This document shows, one piece after another, positions 34,712 to 42,975 of a stretch of 62,420 nucleotides of DNA (the stretch's first letter is position 1; each line of letters opens with the position of its first letter). The DNA is from Saprospiraceae bacterium (GTDB taxonomy: Bacteria > Bacteroidota > Bacteroidia > Chitinophagales > Saprospiraceae): positions 1-62,420 of the forward strand of contig JBJXFT010000322.1 in assembly GCA_046155725.1 (NCBI GenBank), written 5' to 3'. The position numbers and the translations under genes are program-made. The notes under the pieces were generated by a model, which made no database searches, had not been told where the DNA came from, and saw only the letters and a program-made list of their open reading frames with translations.

Positions 34712-36130
34712 TCAGGAAGAACTTTGGGCAGGTTTTTGGACAAAAACCCGCCAGCATTCCCAAAGAAAAAACGTCCACAGCACCGCGTACTCCAAGCCAA
34801 TCAGCCAATAATTTTCCTGCAAACCGCCGCCGGCGTAATGGCTGTACGAAAGCACCACCACGCCCGACCAAACTATGGCAAACCGCCAGCGCGTGAGCAA
34901 CGAAAGGGCGAGCGGAACAGTGGCGTACCACGGCTGCACGGTGGCGGAAAGCGAGAGGTAAAGCAGGAGGGCGAAGAGCAGCGCGGTTTCAAGGTTTAAC
35001 TTTCCGAAAGTTTGAAACTTTCGGAAAGTTGTAGTGAGGGCTGCAATCACCAGCACCCCCAGTACCGTCAGCCCACCCAAAGCAGGGCCAGAAAACTCGC
35101 CGATGTCCCAGCCGATTTCAGAAAAGCCGACTTCCCGAACGAGGTAATAAATGCTGGCGTTGAATTGGAATTGCCGGAAATACAGGTCGAGGCTTTCCAA
35201 AATATTGGGCAGCACTGCCAACACGGGCGCGAACAGAACAAGGCATACTACGGCAAAAATTGTATTGAAAAACAAACCCCTGCGCCAGCCAAGCCAACGC
35301 CACACGATGGGCAGGAACAGGAGGGGCAGCATTTTGCTCGCCGTGGCAAGTGCCCACCAGATTGCGCCTTTTGCCACGCGCCCGCGTTGGAGTGCGGCCA
35401 TGCCGGCCAAGAGAAAAAATATCATGGCGCCCTCGAAATGGCAGTTTCCGCAGATTTCGAGGATGAGGAGGGGGTTGAGGGCGTAGGCTGTCGCCCTACA
35501 AAAATGGGGCGTGTCATTCAGAGCGCAGCGATGAATCTGAGGATGCCCTCTCGTCGTGCATTCTCCCACAGATTCTTCGCTGCGCTCAGAATGACACGAC
35601 AACAACCAAATCGTCCCCACTTCGCAAGCCAGCAAAAACAATTTCATCACAAACACCCCGCCCAGTTCGCTCGTGGGGAAAAGCCAAGCGGCCAGCGCGA
35701 ACACGGCCTGGCACACAGGCGGGTACACCGTGAAGTATTCGGGCGAGTTCAGTTTGGCAAAAAGCGCGGGCGTGATGCCCGGTGGTAGGATTTGGTTTTC
35801 AATAAAATAGGCGGGCGGATGAGCGAACGGGTGAATGCCCGCCGCCGTCAAATGCCCGTCCCAAAGGAATCGGGCATAATCATCTGAAAGGTTTGGGGTG
35901 CTGAAAAGCAGGAGGACGCGGAGGCCGATGCCGAGCCAGAGGAGGTAGCGCGTTTGAGTAAGCGAAAAATATTTCTGCTGAAAAAAGGCCACCCAAACAT
36001 ACAGCCCGAAAAAGGCCGCATACGCGACAATGAAGGTTTGAAAATCGCTGCGTTGGGCAAAATACCCCAGAAAAACCGTCAGCCCCGCGAAGGCGAGGCT
36101 GACGGTTGGGAGGAGGAATCGGTGGCGCAT
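34712..36130 (-). CDS. Polytopic membrane protein, GT87/DUF2029-like putative mannosyltransferase, with in-frame palindromic-repeat insertion
   Basis: 472 aa with more than 10 TM segments. ...NLSDDYARFLWDGHL... is typical of this glycosyltransferase-like family. It contains the repeat-encoded SCHSERSEESVGECTTRGHPQIHRCALNDTPHF. Confidence 0.55.
   Translation of the reverse strand: MRHRFLLPTVSLAFAGLTVFLGYFAQRSDFQTFIVAYAAFFGLYVWVAFFQQKYFSLTQTRYLLWLGIGLRVLLLFSTPNLSDDYARFLWDGHLTAAGIHPFAHPPAYFIENQILPPGITPALFAKLNSPEYFTVYPPVCQAVFALAAWLFPTSELGGVFVMKLFLLACEVGTIWLLSCHSERSEESVGECTTRGHPQIHRCALNDTPHFCRATAYALNPLLILEICGNCHFEGAMIFFLLAGMAALQRGRVAKGAIWWALATASKMLPLLFLPIVWRWLGWRRGLFFNTIFAVVCLVLFAPVLAVLPNILESLDLYFRQFQFNASIYYLVREVGFSEIGWDIGEFSGPALGGLTVLGVLVIAALTTTFRKFQTFGKLNLETALLFALLLYLSLSATVQPWYATVPLALSLLTRWRFAIVWSGVVVLSYSHYAGGGLQENYWLIGLEYAVLWTFFLWECWRVFVQKPAQSSS
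35511..35597. repeat. Palindromic repeat element, copy 2, inside the membrane-protein ORF
   Basis: Arms gtgtcattcagagcgcagcgatgaatctg and cagattcttcgctgcgctcagaatgacac are reverse complements with 2 mismatches. Same family as 11761-11842. Confidence 0.85.
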
Positions 36131-36146
36131 GAGGCGAAGGTACTTT

Positions 36147-37919
36147 TCAATGCTGCACCACCAATTTAGCCGTCCTGTTTTGGATGCTGATCAGGTAAAA
36201 GCCGGCTGGCAGCTGGGCCGTTTCTACGCGGATCGTTTGACCGTTTCCAAGGCAAATGCCATCCGCACAGAGCCGTCCGGCAGGGTCGAATATTTGCCAT
36301 TTTTCCTCCTCCATATTTTCTGAAAAAGAAATTTCGGCGAAGCCGTCGGCGGGGTTGGGAGAGAGGGTGAACGCTGCGAAGTCGGGGTTTTTCACGCCGA
36401 CGGTATAGGAGGCAGGGTGGCACTTGCGGTCGTCCTCGTGGATGGCATCGGGCTGTTGGTTGGGCGAGGAAGTCCAGAAGCAGATTTGGGAAGGCAGCAC
36501 GGCTTGGCCGTTGGCTTGGATGTCGCCAAAGTCAAGCCAGACCGACTCGCCGGGGGCGAGGTTGAGGTTGGAAAAATGTTTCTGCCGTGCGGACACATTG
36601 TAGCAAATGTCAAAAAACTCATTGCGCTGAAAGGATGTGTTGACACAAACTTGGCTTATCGGGGCATTGCCCAAATTGCGGATTTTTACTCGAAAACCGC
36701 CACCGAAAAGATTGTAGACATAGCCGGATGGGAAGGCTGGGAAACGGGTGGTGTCTATCGTGTATAGTTGCTCGATTCCGGTGACGGCGGCGTTTGGAGT
36801 GTCGGCAATGGGCGTAGGCGAAGTTTCAGGGAAAGCACGCAACCATGCCGCGTTACTCTGTGGAGGATCGTTTGTCCAAGGGATGTAATTGTAGTCTCCT
36901 GCCGCATCAACCCCAAATAAAGCCAGTTGACCATTGTTGTAAGACATGCCCATTCCAAAAAGCAATGCATTCGGCTCAGGGAGTTCGGAATAAACCCAAC
37001 CTTGAAAATCATATTTTCGCACTTGGGTAACGGCTCCATCCCAAAGCATAAGATAAAGCCCTTGCTCGCCTACTGTCATGCCTCGCAGCTCTGTGGCCCC
37101 AGAGACAAACGATGATTGATGGGATAAATCAAGGTTTACGGATTCAATTTGAATGATTGGAAAACTTTGAATGCAGTAAAACTTGCCGTTGGGGCCTGGA
37201 GTGAGCCGAGTTCGATGGCCTGGCAATGCCAGAGATTTTTCCAAAAGATAAACGGGCGAGCCCGGGTCGCCTGACAATTTCCAGATTTGGAAATCGGGAG
37301 TTCCCAGCCCAAAAAAATCCTCCGTTCCGGCAATGAGGGCAAACTCGTACGTGCTGATATTCCCCCCATTCACCCCCTCCAGTTCAGCCTTCCAAAGTAT
37401 GTCTCCGGTACTCGGAGCCACTTTCCAAACTTCGTTGTAGCCCGTGCCAAGCAAATTCCCATCGGGCGCGAGAAACCATTTTTCGGGCGGGCGGGCGGTT
37501 CCAAAAACAAAGCCCCCCGATTTTTCCCACATCAAGTTGCCCTGCGCGTCGAGCCGTTGGATGGTCAAGATATGCGCCCCCACGTCGCAGAGCGTGGATT
37601 CAAAAGAAGCCAAAATGCCGCCGTCGGGCAGGGCCAGCACGTCGTGCCAATAGTGGGTTTCGGACGAGGGCACCGTCAGGCTTTTGCGCAAATGGATTTG
37701 CCCGTCGTGGCCTATCACTGCCACGAAAAGCGTGTCTTGGAAATATGCGCCTGGTTCTGGTTCGCCACGGCAGGCCATGAGCCACTTATCCGAGCCGTAA
37801 GGTTTCACCAATTCTGTGATCGTTGAAAAGCCCGCCGAGAGCGAGCGCTCAACCGTTTGGGCAGGAATGTTTTGAAGGCAAAAAAGTAGGGGGAGAAAGA
37901 GTGCGAGATTTTTTTTCAT
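36147..37919 (-). CDS. Hypothetical secreted protein with T9SS C-terminal sorting domain
   Basis: Signal MKKNLALFLPLLFCLQNIPAQT (ATG at 37919). C-terminus LSPNPADGFAEISF...AGFYLISIQN...KLVVQH is T9SS-CTD-like. Confidence 0.65.
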   Translation of the reverse strand: MKKNLALFLPLLFCLQNIPAQTVERSLSAGFSTITELVKPYGSDKWLMACRGEPEPGAYFQDTLFVAVIGHDGQIHLRKSLTVPSSETHYWHDVLALPDGGILASFESTLCDVGAHILTIQRLDAQGNLMWEKSGGFVFGTARPPEKWFLAPDGNLLGTGYNEVWKVAPSTGDILWKAELEGVNGGNISTYEFALIAGTEDFFGLGTPDFQIWKLSGDPGSPVYLLEKSLALPGHRTRLTPGPNGKFYCIQSFPIIQIESVNLDLSHQSSFVSGATELRGMTVGEQGLYLMLWDGAVTQVRKYDFQGWVYSELPEPNALLFGMGMSYNNGQLALFGVDAAGDYNYIPWTNDPPQSNAAWLRAFPETSPTPIADTPNAAVTGIEQLYTIDTTRFPAFPSGYVYNLFGGGFRVKIRNLGNAPISQVCVNTSFQRNEFFDICYNVSARQKHFSNLNLAPGESVWLDFGDIQANGQAVLPSQICFWTSSPNQQPDAIHEDDRKCHPASYTVGVKNPDFAAFTLSPNPADGFAEISFSENMEEEKWQIFDPAGRLCADGICLGNGQTIRVETAQLPAGFYLISIQNRTAKLVVQH

Positions 37920-38078
37920 GAGCGAGATTGTCGAGTTTGGAAGTGTTGAAAAGGAGCGGTCGTGTGCATTGAAATAAAGACGGGCAGCGCGTCGTGGAAG
38001 TTGGGAAGTTTGATTTGGCAAAAACCAGTCCCAAAATTAATCCACTTTTGCCGCCGCTTTTGAAGGCAAATTTTCTTT

Positions 38079-38819
38079 ATGAAAAAACTCCGAGGATTCC
38101 TGCGCTTGCTGTATTTCGTTTTTTACACTTCTGTCAGAATCGCCCAAATCGTGGCGACCAGCCTGATTTTTGGCACCGACATCCGCCGCTCCATGCGCAT
38201 CCGCCAAAGGTGGCTGCGGCACCTGCTGCCAGCCATCGGGGTGCGCATCCAAGTGCGCGGCGCCCCGCCCGATTTTCCTTCCATCCTGATGTGCAACCAC
38301 CGCTCGTACCTCGACCCCGCCGTGCTGCTCCTCGACGCGCACGCCTACCCAGTATCGAAGGCCGAGGTAGAAAAATGGCCCATGGTAGGTTACGGCGCAA
38401 AGGTGTCGGGCGTACTTTTTTTGAAGCGCGAAAGTGCCGACAGCCGCAAGCGTACGCTGAACGGCATCGCTGAAAAACTGCGCGAAGGCCTCCCCGTCAT
38501 CCTTTTTCCAGAGGGCACCACGCATTCAGAGCCAACGACTTCGGCGTTCAAACCAGGCGGATTCAGGCTCGCCGCCACAGAAGGCATCCCCATCGTGCCG
38601 GTGGCAATTGACTATGCTTCTACGGCCGACCACTGGACTGGCAACGACACTTTTTTGCCGCATTTTATCCACCGTTTTGGAGAGCGGGAGATGCGGGTTC
38701 AGGTGCGCTACGGCGAGGCCATTTGGAATGACGACCCGCAGGCAACGCTCGATGAGGCCCAGGCTTGGATTGACGCAGAACTCCTCGACATCCACAAAAG
38801 TTGGGAGAGATTCAAGTAG
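38079..38819 (+). CDS. Lysophospholipid (1-acyl-sn-glycerol-3-phosphate-type) acyltransferase, paralogue 1
   Basis: HX4D motif CNHRSYLDP and FPEGTT motif. Aligns end to end with the protein at 39979-40701. Confidence 0.75.
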   Translation: MKKLRGFLRLLYFVFYTSVRIAQIVATSLIFGTDIRRSMRIRQRWLRHLLPAIGVRIQVRGAPPDFPSILMCNHRSYLDPAVLLLDAHAYPVSKAEVEKWPMVGYGAKVSGVLFLKRESADSRKRTLNGIAEKLREGLPVILFPEGTTHSEPTTSAFKPGGFRLAATEGIPIVPVAIDYASTADHWTGNDTFLPHFIHRFGEREMRVQVRYGEAIWNDDPQATLDEAQAWIDAELLDIHKSWERFK

Positions 38820-38869
38820 GCAAGTTTCAAGTGGGCAAGTTTCAAGTGGGCAAGTTTCAAGTTTCAAGA
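38811..38869. repeat. Direct 15-nt repeats (G)GGCAAGTTTCAAGT x3 plus partial copies
   Basis: ttcaagtaGGCAAGTTTCAAGTgGGCAAGTTTCAAGTgGGCAAGTTTCAAGTttcaag. The array starts at the acyltransferase stop codon. Same unit as the hairpin at 48673-48750. Confidence 0.85.
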
Positions 38870-38989
38870 CTTTGGAATCTTGGTTTTGAAAAACGGTGAC
38901 CTTGGCTACCTTTGCAACTGGAAATACGGATTGCGCCTGCCTGTCCGGTAGGCAGGGGATAATCGGAATGCGGAATTTCCAAACCACCC

Positions 38990-39047
38990 AATTCGCAATC
39001 AGCAATTCAGCAATCAGCAATTCACAATCCAGCAATCAGCAATCCAC
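38990..39047 (+). repeat. AATCAGC-type 7-8 nt tandem array ending 2 nt upstream of tRNA-Arg
   Basis: AATTCGC AATCAGC AATTCAGC AATCAGC AATTCAC AATCCAGC AATCAGC AATCCAC. Confidence 0.85.
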
Positions 39048-39049
39048 AT

Positions 39050-39121
39050 GGCTCCGTAGTTCAACGGATAGAATGGAAGTTTCCGGAACTTTTGATATGG
39101 GTTCGATTCCCGTCGGGGCTA
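39050..39121 (+). tRNA. tRNA-Arg (anticodon CCG)
   Basis: Hand-folded cloverleaf. Acceptor GGCTCCG/CGGGGCT with two G-U pairs, D arm GTTC-AACGGATA-GAAT, anticodon stem GAAGT/ACTTT with loop TTCCGGA, T arm ATGGG-TTCGATT-CCCGT. No CCA is encoded. Confidence 0.8.
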
Positions 39122-39130
39122 CAAGACGAT

Positions 39131-39163
39131 TCCCCCGTTGCTCTCGCTGCGGGGGATTTTTTT
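39131..39163 (+). terminator. Rho-independent terminator after tRNA-Arg
   Basis: Stem tcccccg/cggggga with a 12-nt loop, followed by a T7 run (39157-39163). Confidence 0.65.
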
Positions 39164-39418
39164 AAGGGGTGGGCGCGGTGCGACGGGATTCATTTCGCCA
39201 GTTGAAATTTCGCCAGCGAGGAAAATTTTATCCTGCCGTAAAGTTAATTTTAACGCCATTGGGGGCAAAGATTCTGTGGACCGCCCCGGTTGGTCTAACT
39301 TTGCCGCCGAATTTCGGGCTGGCACAACCTTTGCAACAATAAGCCAAAACCCCTGCCGTTTCTACGCAAAAGTTTCAAAAACCATCGTCATTCACACCGC
39401 AATCAAGCATTTTCCATC

Positions 39419-39520
39419 ATGAAAAATTGGCAAAAATTCCTCGCACTCGCCTTCGTGGCCGCTCTCTTTCTCCTCGAATCTTGTCACCGTGGCTATGGCT
39501 GCCCAGGTGCTGACCTTTAA
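39419..39520 (+). CDS. Small predicted lipoprotein (33 aa), below the ORF-track size cut-off
   Basis: atg...taa translates to MKNWQKFLALAFVAALFLLESCHRGYGCPGADL. Signal plus lipobox LLESC. Ends 8 nt before the ytxJ ATG. Confidence 0.35.
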   Translation: MKNWQKFLALAFVAALFLLESCHRGYGCPGADL

Positions 39521-39528
39521 AAAACAAC

Positions 39529-39885
39529 ATGGCGCTCCACTGGCTTTTGCTCGACTCTTTTGAAGGGATTGAGCAGCTCAAAAACCGCTCGCACGAAGTT
39601 CCTTGCCTCATTTTCAAGCACAGCACCCGTTGCGAAATTTGCTCCATAGCAAAGTACCGGCTCGAAGACGATTGGGATTTTGGCGCGGGCAAAATGGAAG
39701 CATACTATCTCGATGTGCTCAATTTCCGCCCGGTGTCGCTGCAAGTGGCCGACACGTTCCAAGTACATCACGAGTCGCCCCAAGTGTTGCTCATTGTTGA
39801 TGGCGAATGCATCTATGATGCTTCTCAGTTGGACATCACGGTGGAAGAACTTCGGGAAGGGCTGGCGGCGGCAAGCCCGCAATAG
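39529..39885 (+). CDS. ytxJ: Bacillithiol-system redox protein YtxJ (DUF2847, monothiol thioredoxin-like)
   Basis: 118 aa with the characteristic FKHSTRCEICS (TRCxxS) motif. Confidence 0.75.
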   Translation: MALHWLLLDSFEGIEQLKNRSHEVPCLIFKHSTRCEICSIAKYRLEDDWDFGAGKMEAYYLDVLNFRPVSLQVADTFQVHHESPQVLLIVDGECIYDASQLDITVEELREGLAAASPQ

Positions 39886-39920
39886 AAATTTAATAATCAA
39901 GTCTCTGCAACCGATTTTGA

Positions 39921-39952
39921 AAGGTGCCTGCCATGCGCGGGCACCTTTTTTT
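39921..39952 (+). terminator. Rho-independent terminator after ytxJ
   Basis: aaggtgcctgc catgc gcgggcacctt forms the stem, followed by a T-run. Confidence 0.65.
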
Positions 39953-39978
39953 GTTCCCAATATTCCGACCTTCGCCGC

Positions 39979-40701
39979 GTGAAAACCATCCGCCTCGTCT
40001 TTCGCTTTTTATTTTTTGCTGCGTACACCACCCTCATCGTGGCCGAGATTTGGCTGCGCAATCTTTTGTGGGGGCGGGATATGCGCCGTTCCATGCGCGT
40101 ACGCCGCCGTTGGGCGCGAAACCTCCTTTCTGGCGTGGGGCTATCTGTTGAAACCGAGGGCGACATCCCCCATTTCCCTTGCCTGATTGTCAGCAACCAC
40201 CGCTCTTACCTCGACCCCATCTTGATGCTCCGCGACGTGGATGCGTACCCTGTGGCAAAGGCCGAATTGGCCAATTGGCCGCTCATCGGCAAAGGGGCAA
40301 AACTGGCCGGCATCCTTTACCTCCGGCGCGAAAGCGCGGGAAGCCGTTCGGGCACCCTGCGCCAAATGATGGAAAAAATAGAGGCTGGCTTTTCCATCAT
40401 CATTTTCCCGGAAGGCACCACCTCCGCTTTGCGCGGCACCTTGCCTTTCAAAAAAGGGGCGTTCAAATTGGCGGCGCAAGGCTTGATCCCGGTCGTCCCG
40501 GTAGCCCTTTTGTTTGCCGACGAGCGCGATTTTTGGGTTGGCCAAGATTCGTTTTTGACCCACGCCAAACGGCGTTTTGGGGAAAAGAAAATCGCGGTGA
40601 AACTTTGCTACGGGCCAGAAATCCGCAGCGACGACCCCGAAGTCTTGATTTCAGAATCAAAGGCGTGGATGGATGGGATTTTGACGAATAACCAAAAGTG
40701 A
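39979..40701 (+). CDS. Lysophospholipid acyltransferase, paralogue 2 (GTG start)
   Basis: SNHRSYLDP and FPEGTT motifs. The N-terminus aligns with paralogue 1 (RRSMRVRRRW versus RRSMRIRQRW), which supports the GTG at 39979. Confidence 0.7.
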   Translation: MKTIRLVFRFLFFAAYTTLIVAEIWLRNLLWGRDMRRSMRVRRRWARNLLSGVGLSVETEGDIPHFPCLIVSNHRSYLDPILMLRDVDAYPVAKAELANWPLIGKGAKLAGILYLRRESAGSRSGTLRQMMEKIEAGFSIIIFPEGTTSALRGTLPFKKGAFKLAAQGLIPVVPVALLFADERDFWVGQDSFLTHAKRRFGEKKIAVKLCYGPEIRSDDPEVLISESKAWMDGILTNNQK

Positions 40702-40825
40702 CACTTTCGACACATTCACTACACTGAACTTTGTCGCTACATTTGCCCCTCATTTGCCAATCCCGCACATGACAATCCTCATTCCCCCTACACCCGTTCA
40801 AGCCCAACCATTCAGGCACAAAAAC

Positions 40826-41875
40826 ATGAACGCTAAAAAGTCTTCTGCCCGCCGGGGCATCTTGCTTCTATTGATGGTGGCGCTGCTCGGCGGCGCCTAT
40901 TTCGCTTGGGAGCCTATCAAAGGTTTTTGGTTTCCCGCCGTACCTGCCCAACTTGCCGACCCCTACGTTTGCATCCCCACAGGTTCGTCTTTTGACGAGG
41001 TGGTGCGGGTTTTGAAAAAAGGCGGCTTCGTCAGAGACGAGGTGAATTTCCGTTGGCTCGCCGAACAAATGAAGTACCGCAAAGACAAAATGCGCGCGGG
41101 CCGCTTCAAGATAGAGCCGGGCTGGACCAACCGCCAACTCATCCAGCACCTCCGCACAGGTGAGCAAGCACCCGTGAAAGTGGTGCTCACAAACGAGCGC
41201 TTGCCCGAAGAAGTGGCCGGGAAAGTCGCCCGCTTCGTTGAGGCCGACTCTCTTTCGCTGCTCAACACGTTCCGCGACAGAGCCTTCCTTCGGGAAATAG
41301 GCTACGCCGAAGAAACGCTCCTAACGGCGTTTATCCCAAACACGTACGAAATGTATTGGAACACCGAAGCGAAGGGTTTTGTAAACAAAATGCTCAAAGA
41401 ACACGCGGTGTTTTGGGACAAAAACAACCGCCGCGAAAAAGCCCGGGCACAAGGTTTGACGGAAAAAGAAGCCTACATACTTGCCACCATCGTGGAGCGC
41501 GAAACCAACGCCAACAGCGAAAAAGCCACCATCGCAGGAGTGTACCTGAACCGCCTCCGCATCGGGATGAAACTTCAAGCCGACCCAACCAGCGTATTTG
41601 CTACCCGGGATTTTGCCACCCGCCGCGTCACGGAATACCACACCACTTTTGATTCTCCATACAACACCTATATGTACAAGGGCTTGCCGCCTGGCCCTAT
41701 CAGCATGGCTTCCATCCCCAGCCTCGACGCGGTGCTCAACCCCGAAAAGCACAAGTACCTCTACTTCTGCGCCAAGCCCGACGATTCTGGCACACACGCT
41801 TTTGCCGAGAGTTTTGCGGCGCACAAAGTGAATGCCGAGCGGTTTCAAGCCTATGTTCGGCAGCGCGGGTTTTGA
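40826..41875 (+). CDS. mltG: Endolytic murein transglycosylase MltG (YceG-like)
   Basis: N-terminal TM segment. YLNRLRIGMKLQADPT and YNTYMYKGLPPGPISMAS motifs. Confidence 0.85.
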   Translation: MNAKKSSARRGILLLLMVALLGGAYFAWEPIKGFWFPAVPAQLADPYVCIPTGSSFDEVVRVLKKGGFVRDEVNFRWLAEQMKYRKDKMRAGRFKIEPGWTNRQLIQHLRTGEQAPVKVVLTNERLPEEVAGKVARFVEADSLSLLNTFRDRAFLREIGYAEETLLTAFIPNTYEMYWNTEAKGFVNKMLKEHAVFWDKNNRREKARAQGLTEKEAYILATIVERETNANSEKATIAGVYLNRLRIGMKLQADPTSVFATRDFATRRVTEYHTTFDSPYNTYMYKGLPPGPISMASIPSLDAVLNPEKHKYLYFCAKPDDSGTHAFAESFAAHKVNAERFQAYVRQRGF

Positions 41876-41949
41876 ATTCGGAATTCGGAGGGGGGAATCC
41901 GGAATCAGCAATCACCAATCAGCAATTAGAAATCAGCAATCACCAACGT
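41874..41949 (+). repeat. Heptamer tandem array filling the mltG-AKR spacer and ending at the AKR ATG
   Basis: GAATTCG GAATTCG ..., then AATCAGC AATCACC AATCAGC AATTAGA AATCAGC AATCACC (41903-41944), then AACGT and the ATG at 41950. Confidence 0.85.
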
Positions 41950-42969
41950 ATGAAATACCGACTTCTGGGTCGCTCCGGCCTCCGCGTTTCTGAACTTTGC
42001 CTCGGCACCATGACATTTGGCACCGAATGGGGCTGGGGGGCTGACAAGGCCGAAAGCCAAAAGATATTTGACACCTACGCCGAGCATGGCGGCAACTTTG
42101 TGGACACTGCCAACCGCTATACCGAAGGCACGAGCGAGCGCTGGCTCGGCGAATTTGTCAAGAGCGAGCGCCACCATTTCGTGGTGGCGACCAAATACAC
42201 TTTGCGCGACCAAACGGGCGACCCAAACTTCGCGGGCAGCCACCGGAAAAACATGATGCGCTCTGTGGAGGAAAGCCTCCGCCGACTTGACACGGATTTT
42301 ATTGACCTTTTTTGGGTGCACGCTTGGGACCACCTCACACCTACCGACGAGGTGCTGCGCGGGCTGGACGATCTCATCCGTAGTGGAAAAGTGCTGTACA
42401 TCGGGGTGTCCGACACGCCCGCTTGGGTGGTGAGCCAAGCCAACACGATGGCCGAATTGCGCGGCTGGACGGCCTTTGCTGGTCTCCAAATCGAGTATTC
42501 GCTTTTGCAGCGCACACCGGAGCGCGACCTTTTGCCGATGGCAAAAGCATTCGGCATGGCCGTAACGCCTTGGGGAGCGATGGCGGGCGGGGCATTGACC
42601 GGGAAATATCTGCGCGGCGAAGAGGGTAGGGTAGTGGCGCACAGCATTCGCCGGAGCGACCGCGCCAACAAGATAGCGGCCAAGGTGGTGAAAGTAGCCG
42701 AAAAACTCGGCGTTCCGCCGGCACAGGTCGCGCTCAATTGGGTGCGCCAGCGCGATGCCGAACTCAATTGTATCCCGCTCGTTGGCGCACGCTCGGCAGC
42801 ACAATTGGAAAACTCGCTCGGTTGTCTCGATTTTGTTTTGCCCGAAAAAATCATCCGCGAGTTGGACTCGGCCAGCGAAATCCAGATGGGTTTCCCGCAC
42901 GAGTTCCTTTCTACTGACAATGTTCTGGAGTTGGTGTATGGGGGGAAGTATGGGGAGATTGTTCGGTAA
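41950..42969 (+). CDS. Aldo/keto reductase
   Basis: MKYRLLGRSGLRVSELCLGTMTFG...NFVDTANRYTEGTSE is a typical AKR N-terminus. Confidence 0.85.
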   Translation: MKYRLLGRSGLRVSELCLGTMTFGTEWGWGADKAESQKIFDTYAEHGGNFVDTANRYTEGTSERWLGEFVKSERHHFVVATKYTLRDQTGDPNFAGSHRKNMMRSVEESLRRLDTDFIDLFWVHAWDHLTPTDEVLRGLDDLIRSGKVLYIGVSDTPAWVVSQANTMAELRGWTAFAGLQIEYSLLQRTPERDLLPMAKAFGMAVTPWGAMAGGALTGKYLRGEEGRVVAHSIRRSDRANKIAAKVVKVAEKLGVPPAQVALNWVRQRDAELNCIPLVGARSAAQLENSLGCLDFVLPEKIIRELDSASEIQMGFPHEFLSTDNVLELVYGGKYGEIVR

Positions 42970-42975
42970 TGTGTT

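Noticed and set aside
38811-38869. Possible CRISPR array. Short direct repeats occur here and at 26850-27016, 38990-39047 and 41874-41949.
   Set aside because: The units are 7-15 nt and contiguous, or are two hairpin copies, with no unique spacers of 25-40 nt. No cas genes are in the window.
39050-39420. tRNA-Arg as the attachment site of an integrated island.
   Set aside because: There is no integrase or recombinase gene nearby. I could not find a direct repeat of the tRNA 3' end elsewhere in the window. The downstream genes (ytxJ, acyltransferase, mltG) are housekeeping.
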